Assembly (NCBI GenBank): GCA_030390025.1
Contig: CM059431.1
Coordinates: forward strand, 133,860,001 to 133,924,000
Direction of reading: 5' to 3'
DNA length: 64,000 nt
Source of the DNA: Squalus acanthias
Lineage: Eukaryota
The notes beneath the pieces are model-generated. The model did not search any database and was not told the origin of the DNA. It was given only the letters and a program-made list of their open reading frames with translations. Below are positions 1 through 12,618 of the stretch, one piece after another. The stretch's first letter is position 1. Every line of letters starts with the position of its first letter. The translations under genes were made by a program, and so were the position numbers.

Positions 1-1026
1 CTGCAGCCATTGGGACAACACTTCATAGAAGCACTAGAGCAGGAAAAGGCACAGTAACAACAGGCAGTAAGGGATTGCACAAGGGTGAAAAGTCAATATT
101 TTTGGTGTAAATATGCATCCACTACTTTTTGATAAATGTATTACTTCACTTACCATTCTTTTGTGATGTCTCTCATTTCAGCTTTGCACAGTGATATGGC
201 CTGCAAGAGGGATGGAATGATGGGGATGTGGTAGAAAAGGGGATCTGGGGTTTAAGTCATCCTGGTGTGAGGCTGTAGGTCTGTTTGGAGGGGGTGGCAG
301 AGTTCTGTGACTACCTCCTTGGTGAAACGGAGCCAACTAATACACTGCACCTCGCTTAATTGAAGGTAGGAGAAGTGCTCTTGGAATACCCTCGGAGGGT
401 AAGGCTTCCTGGTGAGAGCCCTGATGTCTCTCCTAATCTCTCTGCGCACATGTTTCTGTATTTTCTCGTTGCCGACGCTCCCTCCACCATAGATCCTGGA
501 GGGCGAGGTGGCATGCCAGTACAGCCCCCATTAATGTTACCAAGTGTAGCAATTTGAATCTTTGAAGAATAAATGTAGCCACATTTTAGTTGCCAGAAGA
601 CTCCTGATACAAAAGAACCTTGAAATTATAGAATGAAACTGTTGCAGTGGGTGAAACTAACAAAAAACCACTGAAACTACATTAACCTGACAGCTGCGAG
701 TGATTACTGATGATCCCTTTAAATAACATCCCTGGAGCCAGCTTCCTGGTGCTGCACACCAGCTCTCCCTGTCAGTGTTTACTCCAGGTTGTGAGCTAAG
801 TGGCGAGAATCAATTTTATAAATCGGGCGGTCAGTGAGTGTTGCACATTCACTGATATCACAATCCACCTGGCGTTGACGTTACCGGCGATACCTCTTAG
901 CTGTGGCACTACGGGGGGAGCTGGATTTGGCATGTGACACTGGATTTGCCTCACCCCGGCGAAACTGGTCTAGCACACCATTAGTGCCATCTAACGGGAA
1001 GCGCTAAAGGGACGAATTTTTCCCCC
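1..1026 (-). mobile_element. PIF/Harbinger element, transposase-side arm of an internally deleted copy (continues left of window)
   Basis: ORF 252-449(-) RKPYPPRVFQEHFSYLQLSEVQC..LRFTKEVVTELCH is a Harbinger transposase N-terminus. 540-1026 matches 40310-40806. Terminus AATTTTTCCCCC|TAA at 1026. Near 255 the transposase is fused directly to its 3' flank (catalytic core deleted). Confidence 0.85.
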
Positions 1027-1269
1027 TAAATGTTTCGCCTTGTCCAGAAATGTAAAACAGAGGACATGACCTGCATAACATGAGTAAATTCAAAACTGAT
1101 CTTTGGAAACATTGGGCCACGTTTTGCTGGAGCAGGGTATCTCATGGCCTGCCCAGTTAGTTAGACTTTCTTTTGCATCCTTCAGCTCAAAAGTTTTTTT
1201 GCCCAAGAAGTTGCTGGAAGTGCGAGTTCATAAACGATCTAGAGCTAGGAGTCACAAGCACAGTGGCTA

Positions 1270-1420
1270 CATTTGCAGATTAAAGCTAATGAAGGTGGTA
1301 GACTCCAAAGCTAAACAGGTTAAGCTACAGGAGGATATGAATATTCTTGAGAATTCAGCAGATAGGTGGCAGATGAAATTCAATGTAAAGAACTGCCGTG
1401 ATTCACAAGGGGACTAAAAA
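1270..1420 (+). mobile_element. Ancient CR1 RT remnant
   Basis: KLMKVVDS..KLQED..ADRWQMKFNVKNC resembles the CR1 region after FADD. Confidence 0.6.
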
Positions 1421-1901
1421 TACCTGTGAGGGCAACAGGGCATGTGGATGAACAAGGGGCAGTGTATCTCCTTAACCAATGAAATTAAAGGATCAAGAAA
1501 TAAACAGAGGAAGACCTGAGCAGGAGGGCAAATTAGAGTGGGTGAATTCAATGTCAAATCTGGTACAGAAAGCAAAATAAAGAGAGGGAAAGAAAGATTG
1601 GATTAAGAGAGAGAAAAAGAGACAGAAAGGAAAAGTAAGATTTTTTTTTAAAAATTGACATTTTTAAAAATCTCCAACAATCATTCACTGCCTGCAGGAA
1701 TGAGACTCCACACTTTTAATTATTCACTTTCTGGGGCAGACAGGTTGATTGGCAGTCATTAACAATTGTCATGTCAGTAAAAGGGTACTTGCCATATAAA
1801 TTACTTGACTTGATTTTCTGTGGTGAGTTTAATTGGCAATTAATGTGTAAATGCAGCAACTTCATGAAACTCACATAGGTTAAGTGTGAGATGCTGTTTT
1901 T

Positions 1902-3672
1902 ATAATAGGGAACAAAGAAATGGCAGACTAATTAAATATATACTTTGGTTCTGTCTTCACAAAGGAGGACACAAATAACCTCCCAGAGATGTCGGGGAAC
2001 ATAGGGTCTAATGAGAGGGAGGAATTGAATGAAATCAGTATTTGTAGGGAAATGGTGTTAGGGAAATTGACGGGATTGAAGGCCGATAAATCCCCAGGGC
2101 CTGATAATCTACATCCTAGGGTACTTAAGGAAGTGGCCCTAGAAATAGTAGATGCATTGCTGGTCATCTTCCAAAATTCTATAGACTCTGGAATAGTTCC
2201 CATGTATTGGAAGGTAGCTAATGTAACCCCACTATTTAAAAAAGGTGGTAGAGAGAAAACGGGGAATTATAGACTGGTAAGCCTGACATCGGTAGTGGGG
2301 AAAATGCTAGAGTCCATTGTAAAAGATGTAATAGCAGAGCACTTGGAAAACAGTGACAGGATCAGACAAAGTCAACATGGATGTACAAAAGGTAAATCAT
2401 GCTTGACTAATCTACTGGAATTTTTTGAGGATGTAACTGGTAGGATAGATAAGGGAGAACCAGTGGATGTGGTGTATTTGGACTTTCAGAAGGCTTTCGA
2501 TAAGGTCCCGCATAAGAGATTAGCATGCAAAGTTAAAGCACATGGGATTGGGGGTAAAGCACTGACTTGGATAGAGAACTGGTTGGCAGACAGGAAGCAA
2601 AGAGTTGGAATAAACGGGTCTTTTTCCAAGTGGCAGGCAGTGACTAGTGGGGTACCGCAGGGATCGGTGCTAGGACCCCAGTTATTCACAATATATATTG
2701 TTGATCTAGACGAGGGAACTAGATGTAATATCTGCAAGTTTGCAGACGACACAAAGCTGGGTGGGCGTGTGTGCTGTGAGGAGGATGCAGAGAAACTCCA
2801 GTATGATTTGGACAGGTTGGGTGATTGGGCAGATGCATGGCAGATGCAGTATAATGTGGATAAATGCGAGGTTATCCACTTTGGTGGCAAAAACAGGAAG
2901 ACAGATTATTATCTGAATGGCAATAGATTGGGAAAAGGGGAAGTGCAATGAGACCTGGGTGTCCTTGTGCAACAGTCGCTGAAGGTAAGTATGCAGGTGC
3001 AGCAGGCGGTTAAGAAGGCAAATGGTATGTTGGCCGTCATAGCGAGAGGATTCGAGTACAGGAGCAAGGATGTCTTGCTGCAGTTGTACAGGGCCTTGGT
3101 GAGACCACACCTTGAGTATTGTGTGCAGTTTTGGTCGCCTTATCTGCGGAAGGATGTTCTTGCCATGGAGGGAGTGCAGCGAAGATTCACCAGACTGATA
3201 CCTGGGATGGCAGGAATGACGTATGAAGAGAGATTGGGTCGATTAGGCTTATATTCGCTAGAGTTTAGAAGAATGAGAGGGGATCTCATTGAAACTTATA
3301 AAATTCTAACAGGACTAGACAGACCAGATGCAGGAAGGATGTTCCTGATGGCAGGGGAGTCCAGAACCAGGGGTCACAGTCTAAGGATAAGGGGTAAGCT
3401 ATTTAGGACTGAGATGAGGAGGAATTTCTTCACCCAGAGAGTGGTGAACCTGTGGAATTCTCTACCACAGAAGGCAGTTGAGGCCAATTTATTAAATATA
3501 TTCAAGAAGGAGTTAGATATATTTCTTAAGGCTAAAGGGATCAAGGGATATGGGGAGAAAGCAGGGACAGGGTACTGAATTTGGATGATCAGCCATGATC
3601 TCATTAAATGGCAGAACAGGCTCGAGGGGCCGAATGGCCTACTCCTGCTCCTATCTTCTATGTTTCTATGTT
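1902..3672 (+). mobile_element. CR1 LINE (family A), 5'-truncated
   Basis: ORFs 1989-2951 and 2967-3578 (KSPGPD, GVPQGSVLGP, FADDTKL) in one frame, split by TGA at 2949-2951. 3' hairpin and (TTTCTATG)n tail. Confidence 0.95.
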
Positions 3673-4369
3673 TCGCGAAGCTAACAGCAGAGCGGCACAA
3701 ATCGTCCAGCTACTTGTGGCAGTTTGCAATTCAGGTGGTATCTCTTCCTCGCCACAGTCGCTGGCCGATTTGCACATTAATAACGGCCCATTATTTCAGT
3801 GAGTGACTGATAAATCTATGGAACAACATACCTAAGTAGACAGTGGAAGCAGATAGTATTGATTAATTCAAATGGAAATTAGATAGATTTCTTTCAGAAA
3901 ATAATATTTTGAGATCACAGTATATGACTAATTTGAGACATGACATATGGTAAGTGTACCATGCTTGGGCAGAACCGGTGACTTTGGACCCATGGGGGGA
4001 GTTTTAACCCAAGGACAGCTGGGTTAAATCTCTACCCCAACCTCAACCCGCCCACTTCTGGTTTTAATGGAGATGGGTGGGGTGGGGGGCGAGCGACCAA
4101 TCCGCTCTCAGCAGCCAAGTTGGTCAGTAAAAACTTTTAAGGAGGCTGTGTGCCTCCATTTAACAGGATTTTTATTTTTAACCCAGGACTCAGGAAACCA
4201 GACAGGAGGCGAGAAAGGCCCGATACATAAGTTAAGTGTATTTACAGCACTGCTTGTGGGCCAGGAGGAGCAGGAGTGATTCCTCCAGGCCCAATAAGAT
4301 AACCACTTTACACACCCTGCGATCGACTGACCTGCGCCGCACCCCCCACAAAATTCGCCCTCACCGCGA

Positions 4370-4582
4370 ACTCTGACTCCCCAACTGATCTCCGACTCCT
4401 TCCACCCCCAATCTCCGACTCTCCCCACCTGATCTCCGACTCCCCCACCCGATCTCCGACTCCCTCAACCCCCCCCCGATCTCCGACTCCCCCAACCCCC
4501 CCGATCTCTGACTCTCCCCATACCCCCAATCTCCAACACCACCCACCCCCACCGCGACAAACTCCGACTCCCCCCACCCCAA
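4370..4582. repeat. C-rich ~20-23 bp tandem repeat (CCCCGATCTCCGACTCCCCCAA-like) inside a probable non-autonomous DNA element starting near 3994
   Basis: About 10 degenerate copies of the ATCTCCGACTCCC core. Confidence 0.85.
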
Positions 4583-5153
4583 ATCTGGTAATCGTTCCCC
4601 GGCTGCTTTCCCTGCTGAAAAATTTAAAAGACATCCTGCAGTTAATTTCAGCAAGACCGCTGAGAAATCCGTACTTTCAGGTTCACCAGAATACAGCTCA
4701 CCAGGGAATAATGGCCATTTGGCAAGGTACTGGAGGGTGACAAATGCTCATGGACTTCTATTCCAGCCAGGGATTGGTGCCTTTAAGATAGCAGAGAAAG
4801 AGAATAAAACGGGGAGAAAAAAATAACTAGGGATGGCTGGTTGACCACTCCCGCTGGTCTGGATGGAAGATCTAACCTGATAACAAGGTTAATGGATCCT
4901 CCATGTAAGAAACAAAAATTGGATTGTCTCTATTCAGTGCCAGGGTATTTGAGAGCCAAGTCTTCTGAAGTCAGGATGGGGTTATCAATATCACTGGCAT
5001 TCTTTTACCTGATCTTGTGCAAACAATGAGGGTCATAGGAAGAGAGGAAACATATAAAGAAACCTTTGAACAGACAAGAATGATTATCTATGTGCACTTG
5101 TCTCTAGCTCTAATGCAGTAACATGGAAGCTGGTTGCTCATTCTTGCAAATAG

Positions 5154-5218
5154 ATCTACTTCGACGCTAACCCCAAGTCTCAGAAAGCACTTCAATCACT
5201 TCTAAGTGAAGCATTCAT
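5154..5218 (+). CDS. Candidate internal exon of unidentified + strand host gene (IYFDANPKSQKALQSLLSEAF)
   Basis: Acceptor ttcttgcaaatag, donor gtatgt. 65 nt, phase 0 to 2, the only open frame. Phase matches the exon at 13971. Confidence 0.55.
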
Positions 5219-6528
5219 GTATGTTAGTTTATATCAACCAAATATTGAGCTGGGAGGGTGACTGATGGTGCTGAGGTCAGTGTCTAATTCGCAGTATCAT
5301 CTGGTGCAATGATCAAAAATAAGTTGCTCAAAGTTTGTTGATGTAGTGAACTATTGTGATATTGACCATCCGGAAACATTGATATACTGAATCACTGTAG
5401 TGTTCACTGGGCTTGAAACAGAGTCTGAAAGTGCAGCAAGTCTGACAGTTCAACTCAGAGTTTGAGTCTGTTCATGTTCGGTCAATTACCACCCCATCAG
5501 TCTACTCTCAATCATCAGCAAAGTGATGGAAGGTGTCGTCGACAGTGCTATCAAGCGGCACTTACTCACCAATAACCTGAATACTGGTGAGGGTGATGGT
5601 TCCTTTGGGAAGTACAGCCAGAGCCAAGTCCACGGCACCATAGGTGGCTCAGCTGTACAGGGCGGGGGAGGAGGAAGAACGGGAAAGCAATAGTGATAGG
5701 AGATTCGATAGTTAGGGGAAGAGACAGGCGTTTCTGCGGCCGCAGACATGACTCCAGCATGGTATGTTGCCTACCTGGTGCCAGGGTCAAGGAAGTCACT
5801 GAGCGGCTGCGGAACATTCTGAGGGGGGAGGGTGAACAGATAGAGGTTGTGGTCCATATCGGTATCAACAACATAGGTAGAAAGAGGGATGAGGTCCTGC
5901 AGGCAGATTTTAGGGAGCTAGGAAAGAGGAACTCAAAGGTAGAAATCTCTGGATTACTCCCGGTTCCATGAGCTCGTGATAATAGAAATAGGAGGATAGA
6001 GCAGATGAATGGGTGGCTGGAGAGATGGTGCAGGAGGGAGGGCTTCAGATTCCTGGGACATTGGGACCGGTTCTGGGGGGAGGTGGGTTGCACCTGAACA
6101 GAGCCGGGACCAATGTCCATGACGGGGGAGTTTGCAAGTGCTGTTGGGGAGGGTTTAAACTAATTTGGCAGGGGGATGGGCACCAGGATGTAGCATTAGA
6201 AAGGAGAAACAAGGTGCACAAAGGATTGGGAGAGACAGATAGCATTAGAGAAAGAAATAGTACGGTATTAGGTGGGGTCAATCTAAGAGAGAATAAAAGA
6301 AGGTCTAAGATAGTGTGAATGCACGAAGTGTGGTAAAAAAGGCTGGTGAGCTGCAGGCGCAAATAGCCACATGGGAATATGATGATGTGGCGATAACGGA
6401 GACCTGGCTCAAAAAAGGGCTGGATATAAGGTGTTCAGGAAAGATAGGGAAGGAAACAAAGGAGGTGGGGTGACAGTATTGATTAAGGAAAATATTAATG
6501 CTGGAGAGAGAGGATGTCCTGGAGGGGT

Positions 6529-8780
6529 CCCCTAGTTCTCGTCTCACCCGTCATCGGGAACATCCTCCCCGCATCCACCCGATCCAACCCCTTCACAATC
6601 TTATATGTTTCAATAAGATCGCCTCTCATTCTTCTGAACTCCAATGAGTAGAGTCCCAATCTACCCAACCTCTCCTCATATGACCACCCCCTCATCCCCG
6701 GGATTAACCGAGTGAACCTTTTTTGCACTGCCTCGAGAGCAAGGATGTCTTTCCTTAAGTAAGGACACCAAAACTGTATGCAGTATTCCAGGTGCGGTCT
6801 CACCAATACCTTGTACAACTGAAGCAATACCTCCCTATTTTTATATTCTATCCCCCTAGCAATGAAAGCCAACATTCCATTTGCCTTCTTAATCACTTGC
6901 TGCACCTGCATACTAACCTTTTGAGTTTCGTGCACCAGGACCCCCAGATCCCTTTGCACTTCAGTACTCTCCAGTTTCTTGCCATTAAGATAATAAATTG
7001 CTCTAGGATTTTTCCTGCCAAAGTGCATCACCTCACACTTTCCAGTGTTGTATTCCATCTGCCAAATCTCTGCCCACTTACTTAGCCTGTCTATGTCCCC
7101 TTGCAGGTTTTTTATGTCCTCCTCACTCACTACTTTCCCTCCCATCTTTGTATCATCTGCAAATTTTGATATGTTACACTTGGTCCCTTCCTCCAAATCG
7201 TTAATATAGATTGTGAAGAGTTGGGGACCCAGCACTGACCCCTGTGGAACACCACTAGTTACTGATTGCCAGTCTGAGAATGAACCATTTATCCCAACTC
7301 TTTGCTTTCTGTTAGATAGCCAATCCTCTATCCATGCCAGAATATTACCCCCAATCCCATGATTTTTTACCTTAAGCAATAATCTTTTGTGTGGCACCTT
7401 GTCAAATGCCTTTTGGAAGTCTAAATAGACTACGTCCACTGGTTCCCCTTTATCCACTCTATATGTTACTTCCTCAAAGAACTCCAGCAAATTTGTCAAA
7501 CATGACTTCCCCTTCGTAAAACCATGCTGACTTTGTCCTATTAAATTATGATTATCCAAATGTCCTGTTACTGTTTCCTTAATAATGGACTCCAAAATTT
7601 TACCTACCACAGATGTTAGGCTAACCGGTCTATAGTTACCAGCCTTCTGTCTACTGCCCTTTTTAAATAAGGGTGTTACATTAGCAGTTTTCCAGTCTGC
7701 CGGGACCTTAGCGGAATCCAGGGAGTTTTGAAAAATTATTACCAATGCATCTACAATCCCTACCGCCACTTCCTTCAAGACTCTAGGATGTAAGCCATCA
7801 GGTCCAGGTGATTTATCTGCCTTGAGTCCCATTATTTTACCGAGTACCACTTCCTTAGTGATTTTGATCGTGTTTAGCTCCTCTCCCCCTATAGCCCCCT
7901 GTTTGTCCAGTGTTGGGATATTCTTAGTGTCCTCTACTGTAAAGACTGATACAAAATATTCATTCAGTGTTTTTGCCATCTCCATATTTCCCACCATTAA
8001 TTTCCCGGTCTCATCCTCTAAGGGACCAACATTTACTTTAGCCACCCTTTTTCTTTTTATATAACTATAAAAACTCTTACTATCTGTTTTTATATTTTTT
8101 GCTAATTTACTTTCATAATCTATCTTCCCTTTCTTAATCAATCTTTTTGTTATTTTTTGCTGCCTTTTAAAGTTTTCCCAATCCTCTGTCCTCCCACTAG
8201 ATTTCGCTACCTTATATGCCCTTGTTTTTAGTCGAATACTATCCTTAATTTCTTTACTTAGCCACGGATGACTGTCCTTTCTTTTACACCCTTTTCTTTT
8301 CAGTGGAATATATTTTTTTTGGAAGTTGTAAAATAACTCCTTGAATGTACACCACTGATCATGTGTCGTCTTACCCTTTAATCTATTTTCCCAATCCACT
8401 CTACTCAATTCCGCTCGCATACCTTCATAGTCTCCTTTATTCAAGCTTAGCACGCTTGTTTGAGATCCAACCTTCTCACCCTCTAATTGAATATGGAATT
8501 CAACCATGTTATGGTCACTCATTCCAAGGGGATCCTTTACTAGGACATTTTTAATTAATCCTGTCTCGTTACACAGGACCAGATCTAAGGTTGCTTGCCC
8601 CCTGGTCGGTTCAGTTACATACTGCTCAAGAAACCCATCCCTAATACACTCAATGAACTCATCCTCAAGGCAGCCCTGCCCCATTTGATTTGTCCAATTA
8701 ATATGATAGTTAAAATCCCCCATAATTATAGATGTTCCCTTATTACATGCCTCAACTATTTCCTGATTGATACTCCGTCC
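6529..8780 (-). mobile_element. CR1 ORF2 segment with an uninterrupted ~740-codon EN-RT frame, lacking a 3' UTR and tail
   Basis: ORF 6495-8723(-) runs from GDFN and SDH through FADD to GETRTRG. Host sequence GAGG(G)GTC is repeated at both junctions (~6522-6529, ~8785-8791). Confidence 0.92.
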
Positions 8781-9644
8781 AATAGAGGGTCAAGGACAAA
8801 ATCTATTTGGTTACAGTTGAGAAACAATAGAGGAGCCATTACACTACTAGGTATATTCTATAGGCTGCCAACTAGTGGGAAAAATCTGGAGGAGCAAATT
8901 TTCAGGGAAATTACAAGAGAGGTGCAACTATAGAGTAGTGATAATGGGGGACTTCAACTATCCTAATATAGACTGAGATAGTAATAGTGTAAAGGGCAGA
9001 GAGGAGGAAGAATTTCTGAAGTGTGTTCAGGAGAAATTTCTTGATCAGCATGTTTCCAGCCCAACAAGGAAGGAGGCATTGCTGGATCTGGTTCTGGGGA
9101 ATGAGGTGGGTGAAATAGAGCAAGTGTCAGTAGGGGAACATTTAGGGAACAGTGATCACAGTATCATAAGGTTTAGATTAGATTTGGAAAAGGACAGGGA
9201 GCAATCTCGAGTAAAAATACTTAATTGGAGGAAGGTCAATTTCAGTGGGTTGAGAATGGATCTGGCCCGGGTAAATTGGAATCAAAAATTGGGAAACAAA
9301 ACTGTAATCAAACAATGGGCTGCTTATAAAGAGGAGATGGTTCGGGTACAGTTGTGGTACATTCCCATGAGGGGGAAAGGTAGGGCAACTAAAGCCAGAG
9401 CTCCCTTGATGACGAAAGAGATAGAGAGTAAGATGAAGCCGAAAAAGCTGGCGTATGACAGATGTCAGGTTGAGAATACAAGTGAGAACCAGGCTGAATA
9501 TAGAAAGTTCAGGGGGGAAGTGAAAAAGGAAATAAGGGGCAAAGAGAGAGTATGAGAATAGATTGGCAGCTAACATAAAAGGGAATCCAAAAGTCTTCTA
9601 TAGGCATATAAATAATAAACGGGTGGTAAGAGGGGCGGAAACCT

Positions 9645-10785
9645 GCGTAGAAGGAAAGAAGGTTGTCCTGAACACACTTCAGAAATTCTTCCCCCTCTCT
9701 GCCCTTTACACTATTACTATACCAGTCTATATTAGGATCGTTGAAGTCCTCCATTATCACTACTCTATAGTTCTTGCATCACTCTGTAATTTCTCTGCAA
9801 ATTTGCTCCTCCAGATTTTTCCCACTAGTTGGTGGCCTATAGAATACACCAATAGTGTAATGGCACCTCTATTAGTTCTTAACTCTAGCCATATAGATTC
9901 TGTCCTTGACCCCTCCAGGATATTTTCTCTCTCCAGCACTGTAACATTCTCCTTAACCAATACTGCCTCCTATCTTTCCTTCCCTATCTTTCCTGAGCAC
10001 CTTATATCTAGGAATCTTTAGTGCCCAATCTTGCCCTTTTTTGAACCAGGTCTCTATGAGCCAGGTTTACCATGCTTCGTGCGTTCACATACATACACTG
10101 TAAACCTATCTTAGACCATCCTGTTTTCTCTCTTAGTCTGACCCCACCTAATACCTTACTATTTCATACTTTAGTGCCATCCGACTCTCCCAATCCTTTG
10201 TGCCCTTTGTTTCTCCTTTCTAATGCTACATCCTGGTGCCCATCCCCCTGCCAACTTAGTTTAAACCCTCCTCAACAGCACTAGCAAACATCCCCGTGAA
10301 GATATTGGTACCGGCTCTGTTGAGGTGCAACCCGTCCAGCCTGTACAGGTCCCACCTCCCCCAGAACCGGCCCCAATGCCCCAGGAATCTGAAGCCCTCC
10401 CTCCTGCACCATCTCTCCAGCCACGCATTCGTCTGCTCTATCCTCCTATTTCTATACTCACTCGCACGTGGTACCGGGAGTAATCCAGAGATTATTACCT
10501 TTGATGTCCTGCTTTTTAATTTTTTTCCAAGCTCCCTGAAATCTACCTGCAGGACCTCATCCCTCTTTCTACCTATGTCGTTGGTACCGATATGGTCCAT
10601 GACATCTGGCAGTTCATCCTCCCCCCTCAGAATGTTCATCCTCCCCCCTCAGAATGTTCTGTAGCCACTCGGTGACATCCTTAACCCTGGCACTAGGGAG
10701 GCAACATACCATTCTGGAGTCACGTCAATGGCCGCAGAAACGCCTGTCTGCTCCCTAACTATCGAATCACCTCCCACTATTACTA
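9645..10785 (-). mobile_element. Inverted CR1 family C segment (ORF1 esterase and EN start)
   Basis: Reverse complement of 5690-6528 + 8781-9035, without the 6529-8780 insert. ORF 10256-10639 has HIGTNDIG and DGLHLN. Confidence 0.88.
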
Positions 10786-12618
10786 CCACCTGAAGGAAAA
10801 AAAAATTGCAGGGCTACAGGGAAAGGGCGGGGGAGTGGGACTAGCTGAAGTGCTCTTGCAGAGAGCCGGCATGGTCTCGAGGGGCTGATTGGCCTCCTTC
10901 TATGCTGTAACCATTCTATGATTCTATGATTCTAACCTGCTCACTGATGCTCAGTTTGGATTCCACCAGGACGACTCGACTCCAGACCGCATTACAACCT
11001 TGGTCCAAACATGGACAAAAGAGCTGAATTCCAGAGGTGAGGTGAGAGTGATTGCCCTTGCCATCAAGGCAGCATTTGACCGAGTGTGGCATCAAGGAGC
11101 CCTTGTAAAATTGAAGTCAATGGGAATCAAGGGGAAAACTCTCCACTGGCTGGAGTCATACCTAGCACAAAGGAAGATTGTTGTGGGTGTTGGAGGTCAA
11201 TCATCTCAGCCCCAGGACATCGCTGCAGCAGTTCCTTAGGGCAGTGTCCTAGGCCAAACCATCTTCAGCTGCTTCATCAATTACCTTCCCTCCATCATAA
11301 GGTCAGAAGTGGGGATGTTCGCTGATGATTACACAGTGTTCAGTTATATTCGCAACTCCCCAGCATGCAGCAAAACCTGGACAATATTCAGGCTTGGGCT
11401 GATAAGTGGCAAGTAACATTCGCGCCACACAAGTGCCAGACAATGACTATTTCCAACAAGAGAGAGTCTAACCACCGCCCCTTGAATTTCAACGGCATTA
11501 CCATCGCTGAATCCCCCACCATCAACATTCTGGGGGTCACCATTGACCAGAAACTCAACTGGACCAGCCACATAAATACTGTGGCTACAAGAGCAAGTCA
11601 GAGGCTGGGTATTCTGCGGTTAGTGTCTCACCTCCTGATTCCCCAAAGCCTTTCCACCATCTACAAGGCAAAAGTCAGGAGTGTGATGGAATACTCTCCA
11701 CTTGCCTGGATGAGTGCAGCTCCAACAACACTCAAGAAGCTCAACACCATCCAGGACAAAGCAGCCCACTTGATTGGCACCCCATCCACCACCTTATACA
11801 TTCACTTCCCCCACCACCAGCGCACCGTGGCTGCAGTGTGTACCTTCTACAAGATGCACTGCAGCAACTCGCCAATGCTTCTTCGACAGCACTTCCCAAA
11901 CCCGCGACTTCTACCATCTAGAAGGACAAAGGCAGCAGGCGCATGGGAACACCATCACCTGCAAGTTCCCCTCCAAGTTACACACCATCCTGACTTGGAA
12001 ATATATCGCCGTTCCTTCATCGTCACTGGGTCAAAAACCTGGAACTCCCTCCCTAACAGCACTGTGGGAGTACCTTCACCACACGGACTGCAGCGGTTCA
12101 AGAAGGCACCTCATCACCAGCTTCTCAAGGGCATTTAGGGATGGGCAATAAATGCTGGCCTTGCCAGCGATGCCCATATCCCAGGAACAAAGAAAAAAAG
12201 ATGTTTACAGGGATTCAACTGGGGACCAGAGGTATTGGATCCATGCATCCTGCATGTCGACTCCAATCTGTCAATGAGACATCACCGATATTAAAGGTGG
12301 TCGTGGAGGTTGTAATCGGAAACCTGGGAAAATCATTTTATTGTAGGGCTTACCAGCAGAGATTGAATGTTAGATTTTCCTCACCTTTTCAAGTGGTATT
12401 ATGGTGGCTGACTGCAGAACATGAGCATAAGTCCCATCCTGCCAAAAATATACTAGGTTTGCCTCCCCATGCATTTTTTGGTGCACAATCCTGAGTGGTA
12501 GAAATGTCACTTCAAACAGGTTGTCACTTCATTTTAATATTCATTTGGAAAGGGTGTCGGTTTTGCACACCATTTCATGTGGTTCTGGCATGCAGATGCC
12601 TGGCATATAAAACTCATA

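Larger units (their letters stand above)
5580..10932 (+). mobile_element. CR1 LINE (family C): ORF1 esterase end, endonuclease region, and 3' tail at 10790-10932; interrupted and rearranged
   Basis: IGDSIVRG..HIG.NNIG (SGNH/GDSL esterase-type CR1 ORF1) at 5693. EN motifs LDLVLGNE and SDH at 9079. (ATTCTATG)n tail. Flanked by TAACCTG. Confidence 0.85.
5483..12200 (+). mobile_element. CR1/L2-superfamily LINE (family B), split into 5483-5579 and 10933-12200 by nested insertions
   Basis: Sequence resumes across TSD TAACCTG (5573-5579 / 10933-10939). Carries AFDRVWH and FADD motifs and the 257-aa RT C-terminus at 11365-12138. Confidence 0.9.

Noticed and set aside
2486..3110. Recurring antisense 134-aa ORFs in CR1 copies
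   Set aside because: Shadow frames of RT shared by descent, with no independent evidence of coding
4370..4582. CRISPR-like array
   Set aside because: Degenerate C-rich minisatellite with no unique spacers, no cas genes, and a vertebrate context
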